NCBI GenBank assembly: GCA_964641255.1
Contig: CAZXMM010000001.1
Coordinates: 409,984 to 473,983 of the forward strand
Length of the DNA stretch: 64,000 nt
Source: an uncultured Gammaproteobacteria bacterium
GTDB lineage: Bacteria; Patescibacteriota; Microgenomatia; JAMCZE01
Direction: 5' to 3'
In this document: one piece after another, positions 19,902-30,184 of the stretch
How the letters are laid out: every line of letters begins with the position of its first letter
How positions within the stretch are numbered: the stretch's first letter is position 1
Notes under the pieces: model-generated
Told to the model about the DNA's origin: nothing
Seen by the model: only the letters and a program-made list of their open reading frames with translations
Database searches by the model: none
Translations under genes and position numbers: made by a program

Positions 19902-22071
19902 CAAATTGTGGCCGATTATTGTCTTAACTTTGTTTGTGGGGTTTACCTATCGTCAGTTTTTTTGGAACCAGCTTCTACCCATCCCCGCAGACACGATTGT
20001 CGGACTCTACCATCCCTGGCGGGATTTTTATCTGGAACAGTATCCGAGCGGCATACCTTATAAAAATCACTTAGTTACCGACGCGGTGCGTCAACTTTAC
20101 CCCTGGCGGTTTTTGGCTATCTCTCAACTTAAGGAGGGAGTAGCTCCACTTTGGAATTCATTTAGTTTTTCCGGGATGCCACTGGCCGCCAATCTTCAGG
20201 CGGCAACCTATTATCCCCTCAACGGTTTATACTGGTTAACCGACTTTGCTACCGCGTGGAGTTTGCAAGTAGTGTTGCAAACTATCCTGGGGGGCGTCTT
20301 TATGATGCTTTTCTTGCGGCAGCTCAAATTACAGTCGGCGGCTATTGCTCTGGGTACTCTGGCGTGGGTGGGAAGTGGTTTTTTTGTTGCCTGGCTGACT
20401 TCCAATACGCTTGTCCAGGTAGCTATTTGGCTACCGCTTCTTTTTACAGGCATTGAGATTGTCACTAACCAGAAAAAAAACCTCTGGGGAGGAGCCATTA
20501 TCGCAGTGGCAATTTGTTGCAGTTTCCTAGCCGGAGCGCTCCAAATTTTTGGTTACTGCTTGGTGGCTGGTGTGGCTTACACTCTCTACCAGGATTTTAC
20601 TAGGCGCTCAATTAGGACGAGTTCAATTGTTCTCATTGGTAGTGCCTTGGGTCTTGGGTTAGCTTTTCCACAGTGGCGGGTGTTACTGCCCTTTTCTTTT
20701 GAGGTGGTTCGTAGTGTTAGTGATGCCGCCTGGATGGAACCGGGTTGGTTTTTGCCCTGGCAAAATCTAATTCAATTTATAGCTCCGGATTTTTTTGGTA
20801 ACCCGGCTACCCTAAATTACTTTGGGGTGTGGAACTACATGGAGTTTGTAGGCTATGTGGGGCTGGTCCCACTAGTGTTTTCTGTCAGCGCTGCTTTGTT
20901 TCAGTTTAGAAAAAATGTTTTCTGGGTGGGCCTCATAATCATCGCTGTTCTTTTGGCTACACCTAACCCCATTTCTGCTTTGCCGTTTGCCTGGAAATTT
21001 CCTTTTTTCAGTTTGGGACAACCCACTCGTCTCCTCGTTCTCATCGATTTTTCCTTAGCAATCCTCGCTGCGAAAGGATTACAGAGTATGCTCACAAAAG
21101 AGCTTAAGTTAAGTAAAATTATTGCTACCTCTGGGGTTATCGCGGGAATAATTGGTACTTTGTATGGTGTAGCGCTATTTTTTAATTTGGCTGTTAGCCG
21201 GCAAAACCTTATTCTTCCTACCGTACTTATTATTGTTGTTGTCCTACTATTATTTTTAGCAACGAAATCAAAATTTACTTTGGTTGCTGTTAGCTGCTTG
21301 GTAATAATCACGATTGCCGATTTGGGTCGATTTATGACTAAATTCACACCCTTCACTAGCCGCGACCAGCTTTATCCCCAAACACAGATAACAAAGTACT
21401 TATCAGACCAAGCCAAAAGTAACCCAATTCGGGTAGTAGCGCTCGATGATCGGATAATGCCCCCAAATTTCTCCATCATGTACGGCATTCCTATGGCTTC
21501 TGGTTATGATTCCTTTTTCTTAAAAGATTACGCGCTGCTGTTGGGTAAAATTGAAGGCACCAATAACTTTAACCGGATCATTACACCCAAAAACCTTGCC
21601 CACCCTCTATTTCCACTTTTAGGAGTGAACTATGTTTTGTCCTTTGATCCGTTACTACCAAGTGATGGGGCTAGTGGCACTTTTGCGCCTATCAGGTTGA
21701 CGTATACTATGAACGAGGGGCAAACCCATCTTTATCAAGTAATGAGCAGCTTACCGCGAGCTTTTTTTGTCTCAAACATTTTTCCAGAAAGAGACGAATT
21801 TATTCCTAGCGACCAAGCAATTGCGGAGGGGGTAGTGGAACAAGAGTTTTTGCCAGGAGGAATGGCGAAAATTGTTTCTTATTCTAACAACGAAGTAAAA
21901 ATAGAAGTGGTTAATGAAACCGATGGGTTTTTGGTTTTATTGGATACTTATTATCCTTCCTGGCAGGCAACGGTGGATGGAAAACCAACCAAAATCTATC
22001 GGACCGATTATGCTTTTAGAGGAGTTTTTGTGCCAGCAAATAGCCACCAGGTAATTTTTACAGTGAGGTAA
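19858..22071 (+). CDS. YfhO-family polytopic membrane glycosyltransferase (second copy)
   Basis: 737 aa. N-terminal loop IVGLYHPWRDFYLEQY...LYPWRF parallels the 7406 protein (LVAFYFPWSSGGF...MFPWRDF). C-terminus LLDTYYPSWQATVDGKPTKIYRTDYAFRGVFVPANSHQVIF. Confidence 0.75.
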   Translation: MARKSFMRHFISWLNKLWPIIVLTLFVGFTYRQFFWNQLLPIPADTIVGLYHPWRDFYLEQYPSGIPYKNHLVTDAVRQLYPWRFLAISQLKEGVAPLWNSFSFSGMPLAANLQAATYYPLNGLYWLTDFATAWSLQVVLQTILGGVFMMLFLRQLKLQSAAIALGTLAWVGSGFFVAWLTSNTLVQVAIWLPLLFTGIEIVTNQKKNLWGGAIIAVAICCSFLAGALQIFGYCLVAGVAYTLYQDFTRRSIRTSSIVLIGSALGLGLAFPQWRVLLPFSFEVVRSVSDAAWMEPGWFLPWQNLIQFIAPDFFGNPATLNYFGVWNYMEFVGYVGLVPLVFSVSAALFQFRKNVFWVGLIIIAVLLATPNPISALPFAWKFPFFSLGQPTRLLVLIDFSLAILAAKGLQSMLTKELKLSKIIATSGVIAGIIGTLYGVALFFNLAVSRQNLILPTVLIIVVVLLLFLATKSKFTLVAVSCLVIITIADLGRFMTKFTPFTSRDQLYPQTQITKYLSDQAKSNPIRVVALDDRIMPPNFSIMYGIPMASGYDSFFLKDYALLLGKIEGTNNFNRIITPKNLAHPLFPLLGVNYVLSFDPLLPSDGASGTFAPIRLTYTMNEGQTHLYQVMSSLPRAFFVSNIFPERDEFIPSDQAIAEGVVEQEFLPGGMAKIVSYSNNEVKIEVVNETDGFLVLLDTYYPSWQATVDGKPTKIYRTDYAFRGVFVPANSHQVIFTVR

Positions 22072-22072
22072 A

Positions 22073-23737
22073 ATGAGAATCAAACTACTACTTAAAAATC
22101 ACTACCTAATTCTACTTATCATTCTTCTGGGGTTTTTGTTGCGGTTTTATCAACTGGGAAGTACCCCCCCCTCAATGAATATTGACGAAGTCAGTATTGG
22201 CTACAATGCTTATTCAATTTTAAAAACAGGCCATGACGAATTTGGCAAATTTTTCCCCTTATCTTTTCGCTCTTATGATGATTACAAGCCACCGCTTTAT
22301 ATCTATTTGGTGGTGCCCGCGATTGCTATTTTGGGGCTGACTGATTTTGCGGTGCGTTTCCCCGCGGCACTGATGGGAACACTAGCAATTCTTACGACAT
22401 ACTTATTCGTTCGGGAACTATTTCCCCACAAAAAATCGATCGCTATGTTTTCGGCCCTACTTCTAGCCATTACCCCTTGGCATCTGCAGTTTACAAGAAC
22501 CGCGTTTGAAGTCGGAGGCATGGCCTTTTTGACCACTTTGGGACTTTTTCTCTACCTTAAAGGACTGCGAAGAAAACAATTGTTACTTATCGCTCTATCT
22601 GGTCTAATTCTTGCCTTGGAGGGATTTTTATATCAAGCGGCCAGACTGTTTACCCCACTACTGGGACTAGTTCTCTTGGCCATCTATCTCATCCCCCTGA
22701 TCTGGCAAAAGCAGTGGAAAAGACTACTTACTGTGGGATTTAGCTTTGGAATTGTTTTTTTACTTTTATTTGGTCCAATTATTTTCTTGACTCTTAGTCC
22801 AGAGGGACAAGCGCGTTTTCAAGGAACAAGTATTTTTCAGGATTTTGAGCCCCATGCTCAAGGAGTCGCTTTTCAGACCACAGACTGGCTAAGTGCGGAT
22901 CGGCTGGTGGTTTTAGCCTTTCATCAGGAGCCCCTATTCTATCTGCAAAAAATAGCCGTTGGGTACTTTACTCATCTTCGCCTGGATTTTCTTTATCTCG
23001 GTCTGGGAGGAGTCAAGGTTAATCTGATTCCTCATGTGGGTTTGGAGCTTCTTTGGACACTGCCGTTTTTACTCATTGGCCTTTTCTACCTTTTTGACTA
23101 TCACGACAAACGAGTAATTGGTCTTCTTTTGGGCTGGCTACTGATAAGTCCCATTCCTGCGGCATTGACTTGGGACATTCCTACTTCAATTCGTACTGCT
23201 GTTATGCTGCCGGTATTGGAGATTATTGTCTCTCTGGGCATAGTCATGATTGTTTCCAAGCTGCATAAAACACCTCGACTTCGTTTGCCCGCGCTGCTTT
23301 TTATCGCTGCAACCGGGGTTTATTTTTTTGCTTACATGCTTCATATGCTGTTTTTTCACCTGCCCGAGTATCTAAGTAAGCAGTGGTACGCGCCTTACCG
23401 AGAAGTGGTTGAGACAACCATGCGTTTGGCACCAAATTACGACAAAGTAATCGTTGGCACTAATCTTGATCAACCCCATGGTTTTTTTCTTTACTATAGT
23501 CACTATGACCCCAAGACCTACTTGGACAAGGATGGGGGAACGGTATCGGGTAGTTACACCACCACTGCCAATCATCTGGCTAACATCTATTTTGAACATC
23601 TTGGTTTTGATCAGATTAAAGAAAAAAACGTGCTAGTTGTTGGACACCGGGGGGATTTTCCAAGGGAGCTTAAACCACTCTTTGTGTTTCCCGTTGGAAC
23701 TGCTGAAAATGACATCGTAATTGTAGAGAAACAATGA
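22073..23737 (+). CDS. ArnT/PMT-like GT-C membrane glycosyltransferase, family B paralog 1
   Basis: 554 aa. Signature first loop RFYQLGSTPPSMNIDEVSIGYNAYSILKTGHDEFGKFFPLSFRSYDDYKPP (DE motif). Contains a C8 tract at 22164-22171. Confidence 0.7.
   Translation: MRIKLLLKNHYLILLIILLGFLLRFYQLGSTPPSMNIDEVSIGYNAYSILKTGHDEFGKFFPLSFRSYDDYKPPLYIYLVVPAIAILGLTDFAVRFPAALMGTLAILTTYLFVRELFPHKKSIAMFSALLLAITPWHLQFTRTAFEVGGMAFLTTLGLFLYLKGLRRKQLLLIALSGLILALEGFLYQAARLFTPLLGLVLLAIYLIPLIWQKQWKRLLTVGFSFGIVFLLLFGPIIFLTLSPEGQARFQGTSIFQDFEPHAQGVAFQTTDWLSADRLVVLAFHQEPLFYLQKIAVGYFTHLRLDFLYLGLGGVKVNLIPHVGLELLWTLPFLLIGLFYLFDYHDKRVIGLLLGWLLISPIPAALTWDIPTSIRTAVMLPVLEIIVSLGIVMIVSKLHKTPRLRLPALLFIAATGVYFFAYMLHMLFFHLPEYLSKQWYAPYREVVETTMRLAPNYDKVIVGTNLDQPHGFFLYYSHYDPKTYLDKDGGTVSGSYTTTANHLANIYFEHLGFDQIKEKNVLVVGHRGDFPRELKPLFVFPVGTAENDIVIVEKQ
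22164..22171. repeat. C8 homopolymeric tract inside the 5' end (codons about 31-33) of the family B GT-C gene
   Basis: Sequence gtaCCCCCCCCtcaatg, read directly. It encodes the TPPS segment. Confidence 0.9.
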
Positions 23738-25377
23738 AAAAGTTTTTGCTACTAGCATGGGCGATTTTTCTCTTAGGGGCAGTCCTAAGACTATATCGGT
23801 TGCCAACCATTCCAGCTGGCTTAAATCTTGATGAGGTGGCCATGGGTTACAATGCCTATTCCCTTCTTAAAACTGGCCACGACGAATATGGAGCCGTCTT
23901 GCCAATCTATTTTCGCTCGCATGATGATTATAAACCGCCCTTTATCATCTATACCCAGGTGCCATCGGTGGCTATTTTTGGGCTAAATGCTTTAGCCGTC
24001 AGGTTACCCTCCGCTTTAATGGGAATTTTGGGAATTGTTTTGACATACCATTTAGTTACTGAACTGTTTCCGAAGCGGAAAAAAACAGCGCTGCTAGCGA
24101 GCTTTTTGTTTGCCATTTCCCCTTGGGCCCTCCAGTTCAATCGCACGGCCTACGAGGTGGGCATGCAACCGACTCTGACGACAGGTGCTCTCTATTTTTT
24201 CCTTAGCGGTCTGAGACTTAAATCGTGGCTGAGAATGATACTAGCGGGAGTCTTTTTTGGACTGGGACCACATCTTTACACCGCTTCACGGGTCTTTGTT
24301 CCCACTCTTTTGGTGGCAAGCAGTCTCTTGTATCGCAAAGAGTTGTGGGGTAATCGGAAGTTGGCCATCGCTTTTGCTACCGCCTTGCTCATTTTTCTTC
24401 TGCCCGCTTTTTATTTATTAACCACTCCAGCTGGTCAAGTGCGTTTTAAAGGAACCAGTATCTTGCAAGATTATGGCCCCCATGCGCAGAATCTCGCTTG
24501 GCAAACAGCAGATTGGTTGAGGCGAGACCGCATCGGCGCAATGTTGTTTCACTCGGAAAAGATTGAGTTTTATCCTCAGATTCTAAGCGGCTATTTTGCC
24601 CATCTGCGCCTTGATTATCTCTTCTTGGGTAATTCCCACTCCAGCACCAATTATGTTCCCAATGCCGGGCTTATTTACGCGTGGGAATTACCCTTTATAG
24701 TGGCCGGATTTTTCTTTCTCTTTAAACAGAAAAACAAACGCATAGCTCTGTTGTTAACAGCCTGGATTATATTGGCGCCACTGCCAGCTTCTGTCACCTC
24801 GGGTATTCCCAGTTCCATTCGTACCACCATCTTTTTGCCCGCTTGGCAAATTATTTCCGCTTTTGGAATCCTAACACTTTACGCCAGGCTTATTACAGTT
24901 CGGAAAACGGTTAAATTAATTGTTTTGGGAGGATTTTGTGGGGTTGCTACCTACGCCCTTGGCTACTACTTGCACATGTATTACATTCATGCTCCCATAG
25001 CGCGGGGTAAGTTTTGGTACAGTTCTTATCCTGCTGTTGTTACGGTTACACAATCGCTTGCAAGCCAGTACCAAAAGGTCATAGTTTCTAATCGACTTGA
25101 TCAACCCCAAAGTTTTTTTCTGTTTTACACACACTATGATCCTAAGACGTACTTTGAAAAGGATGGTGGCACTGTTTCTGGAAGTTTTTCTGAGGATCGT
25201 AATCATTTCGGAAATTTTGAATTTAAGCCAATTCATTATTCCGAAATGTCTAAGGATACCGACTATTTGTACGTTGGTGTTGCTGACGACTTTCCCAAGA
25301 GTGCGCCATTAATCCAGAAATTCCTTAACCCAGATGGCAGCGACGGGGTCTATATAGTGGGAAATAAGAAAAATTGA
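23734..25377 (+). CDS. ArnT/PMT-like GT-C membrane glycosyltransferase, family B paralog 2
   Basis: ATGA overlap with the upstream gene. Loop RLYRLPTIPAGLNLDEVAMGYNAYSLLKTGHDEYGAVLPIYFRSHDDYKPP. Confidence 0.7.
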   Translation: MKKFLLLAWAIFLLGAVLRLYRLPTIPAGLNLDEVAMGYNAYSLLKTGHDEYGAVLPIYFRSHDDYKPPFIIYTQVPSVAIFGLNALAVRLPSALMGILGIVLTYHLVTELFPKRKKTALLASFLFAISPWALQFNRTAYEVGMQPTLTTGALYFFLSGLRLKSWLRMILAGVFFGLGPHLYTASRVFVPTLLVASSLLYRKELWGNRKLAIAFATALLIFLLPAFYLLTTPAGQVRFKGTSILQDYGPHAQNLAWQTADWLRRDRIGAMLFHSEKIEFYPQILSGYFAHLRLDYLFLGNSHSSTNYVPNAGLIYAWELPFIVAGFFFLFKQKNKRIALLLTAWIILAPLPASVTSGIPSSIRTTIFLPAWQIISAFGILTLYARLITVRKTVKLIVLGGFCGVATYALGYYLHMYYIHAPIARGKFWYSSYPAVVTVTQSLASQYQKVIVSNRLDQPQSFFLFYTHYDPKTYFEKDGGTVSGSFSEDRNHFGNFEFKPIHYSEMSKDTDYLYVGVADDFPKSAPLIQKFLNPDGSDGVYIVGNKKN

Positions 25378-27038
25378 TGAGAAGGATTTTACTGCTCTTA
25401 GCCGTTCTTTTGTTGGCGTTTTTTGTACGACTTTACCAAGTGCAAGTGATTCCGGTCTCGCTCTATTGGGATGAAGTGGCAATTGGGTACAATGCTTATG
25501 CCGTTTCGGAGACAGGCAAGGACGAGTATGGTTCCTCTTTTCCATTGCTGTTCAGGTCTTTTGATGACTATAAACTGCCAGGTCAAGTTTATCTCACGGC
25601 ACCCTTCGTTAAAATATTGGGTCTGAGTGAACTTGCTGTTCGCCTGCCAGCGGTACTCATGGGCACACTTGCTGTTTTAGCAACCTACGCTTTTACTCTA
25701 CAACTCTTTTCAAAACGAACCAAACTGGCACTGTTGAGCGGTTTTTTCTTAGCCATCTCGCCCTGGCACATACACTTTACTCGTGCCTCCTTTGAAGCGG
25801 GAAGTGCCCTGACACTGCTCATAGCGGGTGCTGCTTGTATCCTCAAGGGATTAAAAGCGAGACAACTTCCCGCCCTTATTATTGGCATCCTACTCCTAGC
25901 GGGGAGCACCTATTTTTACCGCTCTGCTCAAGTATTTGCCCCGCTCCTTGTTTTAGGTTTGTTACTTTTTTCGTGGAAGAAAACTATCCTTTCTATTAAA
26001 AAACCGCTACTGGTGGTAGTTATTTTTTCCGCTTTAGTAGCTTTAATTTACTTCGTTTCTTTTTTTGGTGTCGGCAATGTGCGCATTAATCAGGTCGGAG
26101 TAGCAAGTGAAACTTTTGATCAAACTGTTGAGAGTGCCAAACTTATTGAGCAAAGTGGTAGTACCGCACTTTCGCGAATTATCTACAACAGGCGTTTCAT
26201 TTATGCTCTCCAGTTTGCTAAAAACTATGCCGCCCATTTTAATCCGAATTTTCTGTTTTGGTCAGGAGATCCGTTTGGGCGACACCAAACGCCGGGTATG
26301 GGACAACTTTATTTTTGGGAAATTATCACACTGCCCCTTGGCCTTTTGGGCTTGTGGCTGTTTTCTAAAAAGAAGTTTGGGCTTCTTAGTTGGTGGGTTG
26401 TCTCGGCAATTGTTCCGGCAGCCCTTGCCTCACCCAGTCCTCATGCCCTGCGTAGTTTGAATATCCTTCCGATTCCACAAATACTTTCTGCCTGGGGCAT
26501 AATTTTTGTTAGTAGTTTGACAAAGAGTCACTGGGCTAAACTGAGTAGTAGTCTGGCCATAGCTGGAATTATTGCAGTCTTCCTCCATCGCTATTTGTCG
26601 CTTTACTTTATTTTGTCGCCGAGCTACAGTTCCTTTTCCTGGGGGGATCCTAATAAAGAGCTAGTTGCATACTTAACCCCACTGGAGAGTAAATATGACA
26701 AGGTCATTGTCACTGGCTTTAATTGGCAACCCTATATTTATTTTTTGTTTTATCAAAAAGTAAATCCCAAGGAGTTTCAAAACTCAGGAACCAGTTTTGA
26801 ATTTAAAAAGTATTGGTTTGGTTCGCCCGATTGGGACCCCCAAAATCCCTACCGTCAACTGCGTAATATTAATTTGGCCGACTTTAATAGATATGGCCAG
26901 AAGCTGCTTTTTGTGTTGTCTGAGGAAGAATATAAGCTTAAGAAAAGTGAGGTAGCAGTTTTGCGAGAAATGCGGGCTAAAAATAGCAGGTTAGTCTTTG
27001 TGCTAGCGCAGCCGATCACAACCTCAGATCTTCAGTGA
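25374..27038 (+). CDS. ArnT/PMT-like GT-C membrane glycosyltransferase, family B paralog 3
   Basis: ATGA overlap with the upstream gene. Loop RLYQVQVIPVSLYWDEVAIGYNAYAVSETGKDEYGSSFPLLFRSFDDYKLPG. Confidence 0.7.
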   Translation: MMRRILLLLAVLLLAFFVRLYQVQVIPVSLYWDEVAIGYNAYAVSETGKDEYGSSFPLLFRSFDDYKLPGQVYLTAPFVKILGLSELAVRLPAVLMGTLAVLATYAFTLQLFSKRTKLALLSGFFLAISPWHIHFTRASFEAGSALTLLIAGAACILKGLKARQLPALIIGILLLAGSTYFYRSAQVFAPLLVLGLLLFSWKKTILSIKKPLLVVVIFSALVALIYFVSFFGVGNVRINQVGVASETFDQTVESAKLIEQSGSTALSRIIYNRRFIYALQFAKNYAAHFNPNFLFWSGDPFGRHQTPGMGQLYFWEIITLPLGLLGLWLFSKKKFGLLSWWVVSAIVPAALASPSPHALRSLNILPIPQILSAWGIIFVSSLTKSHWAKLSSSLAIAGIIAVFLHRYLSLYFILSPSYSSFSWGDPNKELVAYLTPLESKYDKVIVTGFNWQPYIYFLFYQKVNPKEFQNSGTSFEFKKYWFGSPDWDPQNPYRQLRNINLADFNRYGQKLLFVLSEEEYKLKKSEVAVLREMRAKNSRLVFVLAQPITTSDLQ

Positions 27039-28701
27039 CCTGGGTTTTATCAATGAGAATCTTGGCTCCAATACTTCCGTTGGCCATGGGAATAGGGATT
27101 ACTGTTGCCCAATCGGGCTCGTCACAGTAGGAACTGTCCAGATAAATTTGATACTCGGTGTGTTCCACCATTTTGCTGGCACACGGACCAGCACCAGTGA
27201 AGCGGTAATTAAGAAAACTCATCTCATTATTTTTGGCATTTTTGTAAGCTTCTTGGGCGATTTTTGGATCAATCTTTTCAAAGAACAATGAATATATGTG
27301 AGTATCTAGGAAATAGGTAGTGGCGAGAACTTGATACTTTTTAGGTACTTTACTTAATTTTTGGGCAGCAATTCGGGATGGGTAATTGCGATTTAGCCAC
27401 TCATCTCCCCGTGCGTGGACACTATACTCGTGCCAGAAATATGCAAAGTGCCAAAGGGAGATTCCAAGCAGGAGAACAAAACAAATGCGCTTGAGATTTA
27501 GTTTTATTAAACCAGTAAGAGAACTAAGCCCCATAGCTCCTAAAATAACTAAAGGAACTATCATATTACTGGCCCTACTCATATTAGGATGACCGTCAGA
27601 GGTGATGGCGGCAACAAGAGGACCAACAAGTAGCCAGCCCCCCACAAGAATTAAAATTGGCCGAATTTTTGGTTGTCGCCAGCTGGCGGCGAGGCCCAGT
27701 AGCCAGATACCTATTCCAATTACGGTGACAAAGTTAACTACTCCTGACTTAGGGATTTGATAGCGACCGGCGCTGCCCCCTTCAAACAGCAGGAATTTTC
27801 CACTGAAGTAGTCAGTATAACGTTCAGTCACCGTCTGAAGAATGATTATTGGCTTATTATGAAACAGCCTGGTTACGTATGTAGAAGTTCCGTCTAATTC
27901 TTGGGAGATAAATTTGTCGATTTGCTGCTGGCTATAGAGATTCACTACTTGCCTGGCTCTACTAGTGGCAGGACCAAGAAAAACAATTGTAGCCACTGGA
28001 AAGATCAGATAGGCCGCTACCACGACGAGCCATAGTCTCAGTTTTTTCTTGTTCGAAGCCTTTAGGTAAAGGTAAAGCGTCAAGAAGGGTAAAAAAAGAA
28101 TAATGAACGGATTGGTTCCAGTATAAGTCCAAAAAGAAAGAAGCAGAGTCAGATAAGTAAAAAACCACCAAAATGGTTTCCGCTCGAGCGCAAAGATGGC
28201 CAGATTGGTAATAAGTAGTGTCATAAAGATTCCCACGACTTGCTCGGCGGTGGCTCGGGAAAGAATAATGTGCCAGGGAGAGATAGCGAGGAGGAGGCCA
28301 GACAAAACGGCCACAGATCGCTTTTTAAACAGTTGCCAAACCAAAAAATAAAGCAGGACTGGGCTAAACGCTCCAAAAATTGCTGCCGGTAATCTGACGG
28401 CCTCTTCATTTAGTCCCAGCAGTGCTACCACCGGCACAATTAAATAGACTATCCCCATAGGGCGATAGTCACCGAAAGTATCAACGTATAGAGCCAAGTA
28501 TTGGCTATAAACATTGCTACCGGTCTTTAAGACCGAGTAGGCGTTGTATCCGGCAACCGCCTCATCAAACTGAAAACCAGCGGGTAAGTGGCCTAGATCC
28601 CAAAGGCGGAAAAAAAGGGCAATGCTAAGGATGGCTAGGCAAGCGATTAAATGCTTTCTCATTTTGCTTCTAATCTCATCTAAAGAAAATCCCCAGCTCA
28701 A
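27016..28701 (-). CDS. ArnT/PMT-like GT-C membrane glycosyltransferase, family B paralog 4 (inverted orientation)
   Basis: Loop RLWDLGHLPAGFQFDEAVAGYNAYSVLKTGSNVYSQYLALYVDTFGDYRPMG. 3' end overlaps the convergent + gene by 23 bp. Start may be the internal ATG at 28662. Confidence 0.65.
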   Translation of the reverse strand: MSWGFSLDEIRSKMRKHLIACLAILSIALFFRLWDLGHLPAGFQFDEAVAGYNAYSVLKTGSNVYSQYLALYVDTFGDYRPMGIVYLIVPVVALLGLNEEAVRLPAAIFGAFSPVLLYFLVWQLFKKRSVAVLSGLLLAISPWHIILSRATAEQVVGIFMTLLITNLAIFALERKPFWWFFTYLTLLLSFWTYTGTNPFIILFLPFLTLYLYLKASNKKKLRLWLVVVAAYLIFPVATIVFLGPATSRARQVVNLYSQQQIDKFISQELDGTSTYVTRLFHNKPIIILQTVTERYTDYFSGKFLLFEGGSAGRYQIPKSGVVNFVTVIGIGIWLLGLAASWRQPKIRPILILVGGWLLVGPLVAAITSDGHPNMSRASNMIVPLVILGAMGLSSLTGLIKLNLKRICFVLLLGISLWHFAYFWHEYSVHARGDEWLNRNYPSRIAAQKLSKVPKKYQVLATTYFLDTHIYSLFFEKIDPKIAQEAYKNAKNNEMSFLNYRFTGAGPCASKMVEHTEYQIYLDSSYCDEPDWATVIPIPMANGSIGAKILIDKTQVTEDLRL

Positions 28702-30181
28702 TGTTTTTGTCGTGGGGAATTTTCATTTCTTCCACTGACAAATTGTATCTTAGGAGAGTATAGCCGTTAGGAAATGTTTTGGTAGAGACTGGTGGCTGTT
28801 TGATTCTTACCATGTTTTCAATCCACCACTGATAACCCATGTAGGGGTTATCAACTGGCGGTTGTTGGGCGATGACATAGGTGGTGGGTAGTTTGGTATA
28901 TTCACGACCAAAATTGCCTGCCGTTTCAAAGTTATAAATCATGGCATAACGCGGTTGATAGGCAAAAGCATCTGGTGAGTAGACAAAGTAGCCAAATTCC
29001 TTCCCCTCTTGTCCGGTGAGCACGCTTTTAGCAACTTGCGACAGCCCAAGCCAAGAGTTTGGATCTTTAAAGAAGAAATCCTTTTGCAGCCTTTGTAAAT
29101 AAACTGTGCTGCCTTGTAAATTAAGAGCTACCAAAATTATTGTTAAGCCAATGACAAGTTTTTTTAATCGCCCTTGAGCCAGTGAAACAAACCACAGGGT
29201 CGTTAAGGGCATCATGGGAAAATAGTAGTGATAGAGAAGTGTCCCTTTATTGAAAAATGTTGACCCCATAAATCCAAAATAGCAGAGTGCAAAAAGAAGA
29301 TGAGGTATGCGGCTTTTGACTAGAGTTTTGATTTGAAAAAGCGCACCTAATAGCGTGGTGATAAACAGCCCGAATACTAACTGCGACGGTAACCACCACC
29401 CCAGTTGCAAATTCATTATTTGATTAACTCGCTGACTGACGAAATTTGCGGGAGGCTGGGCTTTTGGGGAGAGGGCATAGTCAAAGAGTGCTTTGGCCAT
29501 TTGGTGATCGTGGCGGAAATCAAAAATTACAAAGTTGACCAACAGCAGGGGGACAATAATAAAAGTGAACCAGTGACGAAAAAGTCTCCTTCGAATTATT
29601 ACGATAGCAGTTACAACAAACGTGATCCCAAAAAGAGGTAGCATTGCCAACATGAACTGAACCATGAGGGCGCAAACAATAATATTAAGAAGCAGGAATT
29701 TCCATTGGGCACTTTGACAGTAACGAAGGAGAGTATAGTAATAAGCCCCACTAAGAAAAACGGTAGCGTGGCCATGAAAGAAGGCGTCATTATTGCGAAA
29801 GATCATGTTGCCTGACAGCAAAATGGCGTAAAGACAAGCGGGGACTAGTCCAAAAAGTTTTTTGGCAATAAAAAATCCCAAAGCAACCATCAAAATTGTT
29901 AATAAAATCCAAAACCAACCCTGGACTACTGGATTACCTTGACCCAGTAAAAAGGTGGGGTAGTTAAGATAGGACCACAGCGGTCCGTGATATAACCCGG
30001 CTATGTTGGAGCGCGGTCCAATAAAGACTAGTGTTTTTTCACTGATCTCCCGGTAAAGAAGAAAATCGCGGGCCACATCATTAAATAAATTAACTTCGCC
30101 GTGCAAGAGAGAGAAACTTGCAAGACCTATATGTAGCGTCGTTAGTATGATGGTTACTCCCAATAATACCTTTTTCCACAT
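28676..30181 (-). CDS. Polytopic GT-C-like membrane glycosyltransferase, family A paralog (inverted orientation)
   Basis: 501 aa. Loop EVNLFNDVARDFLLYREISEKTLVFIGPRSNIAGLYHGPLWSYLNY parallels the 2307 protein. Confidence 0.5.
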   Translation of the reverse strand: MWKKVLLGVTIILTTLHIGLASFSLLHGEVNLFNDVARDFLLYREISEKTLVFIGPRSNIAGLYHGPLWSYLNYPTFLLGQGNPVVQGWFWILLTILMVALGFFIAKKLFGLVPACLYAILLSGNMIFRNNDAFFHGHATVFLSGAYYYTLLRYCQSAQWKFLLLNIIVCALMVQFMLAMLPLFGITFVVTAIVIIRRRLFRHWFTFIIVPLLLVNFVIFDFRHDHQMAKALFDYALSPKAQPPANFVSQRVNQIMNLQLGWWLPSQLVFGLFITTLLGALFQIKTLVKSRIPHLLFALCYFGFMGSTFFNKGTLLYHYYFPMMPLTTLWFVSLAQGRLKKLVIGLTIILVALNLQGSTVYLQRLQKDFFFKDPNSWLGLSQVAKSVLTGQEGKEFGYFVYSPDAFAYQPRYAMIYNFETAGNFGREYTKLPTTYVIAQQPPVDNPYMGYQWWIENMVRIKQPPVSTKTFPNGYTLLRYNLSVEEMKIPHDKNIELGIFFR

Positions 30182-30184
30182 ATA

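Noticed and set aside
27016-30181. Active invertible DNA switch (shufflon or invertase-controlled) for the inverted GT-C pair
   Set aside because: No inverted repeats at the block boundaries and no recombinase gene nearby. The paralogs are too diverged at nucleotide level for homologous flipping.
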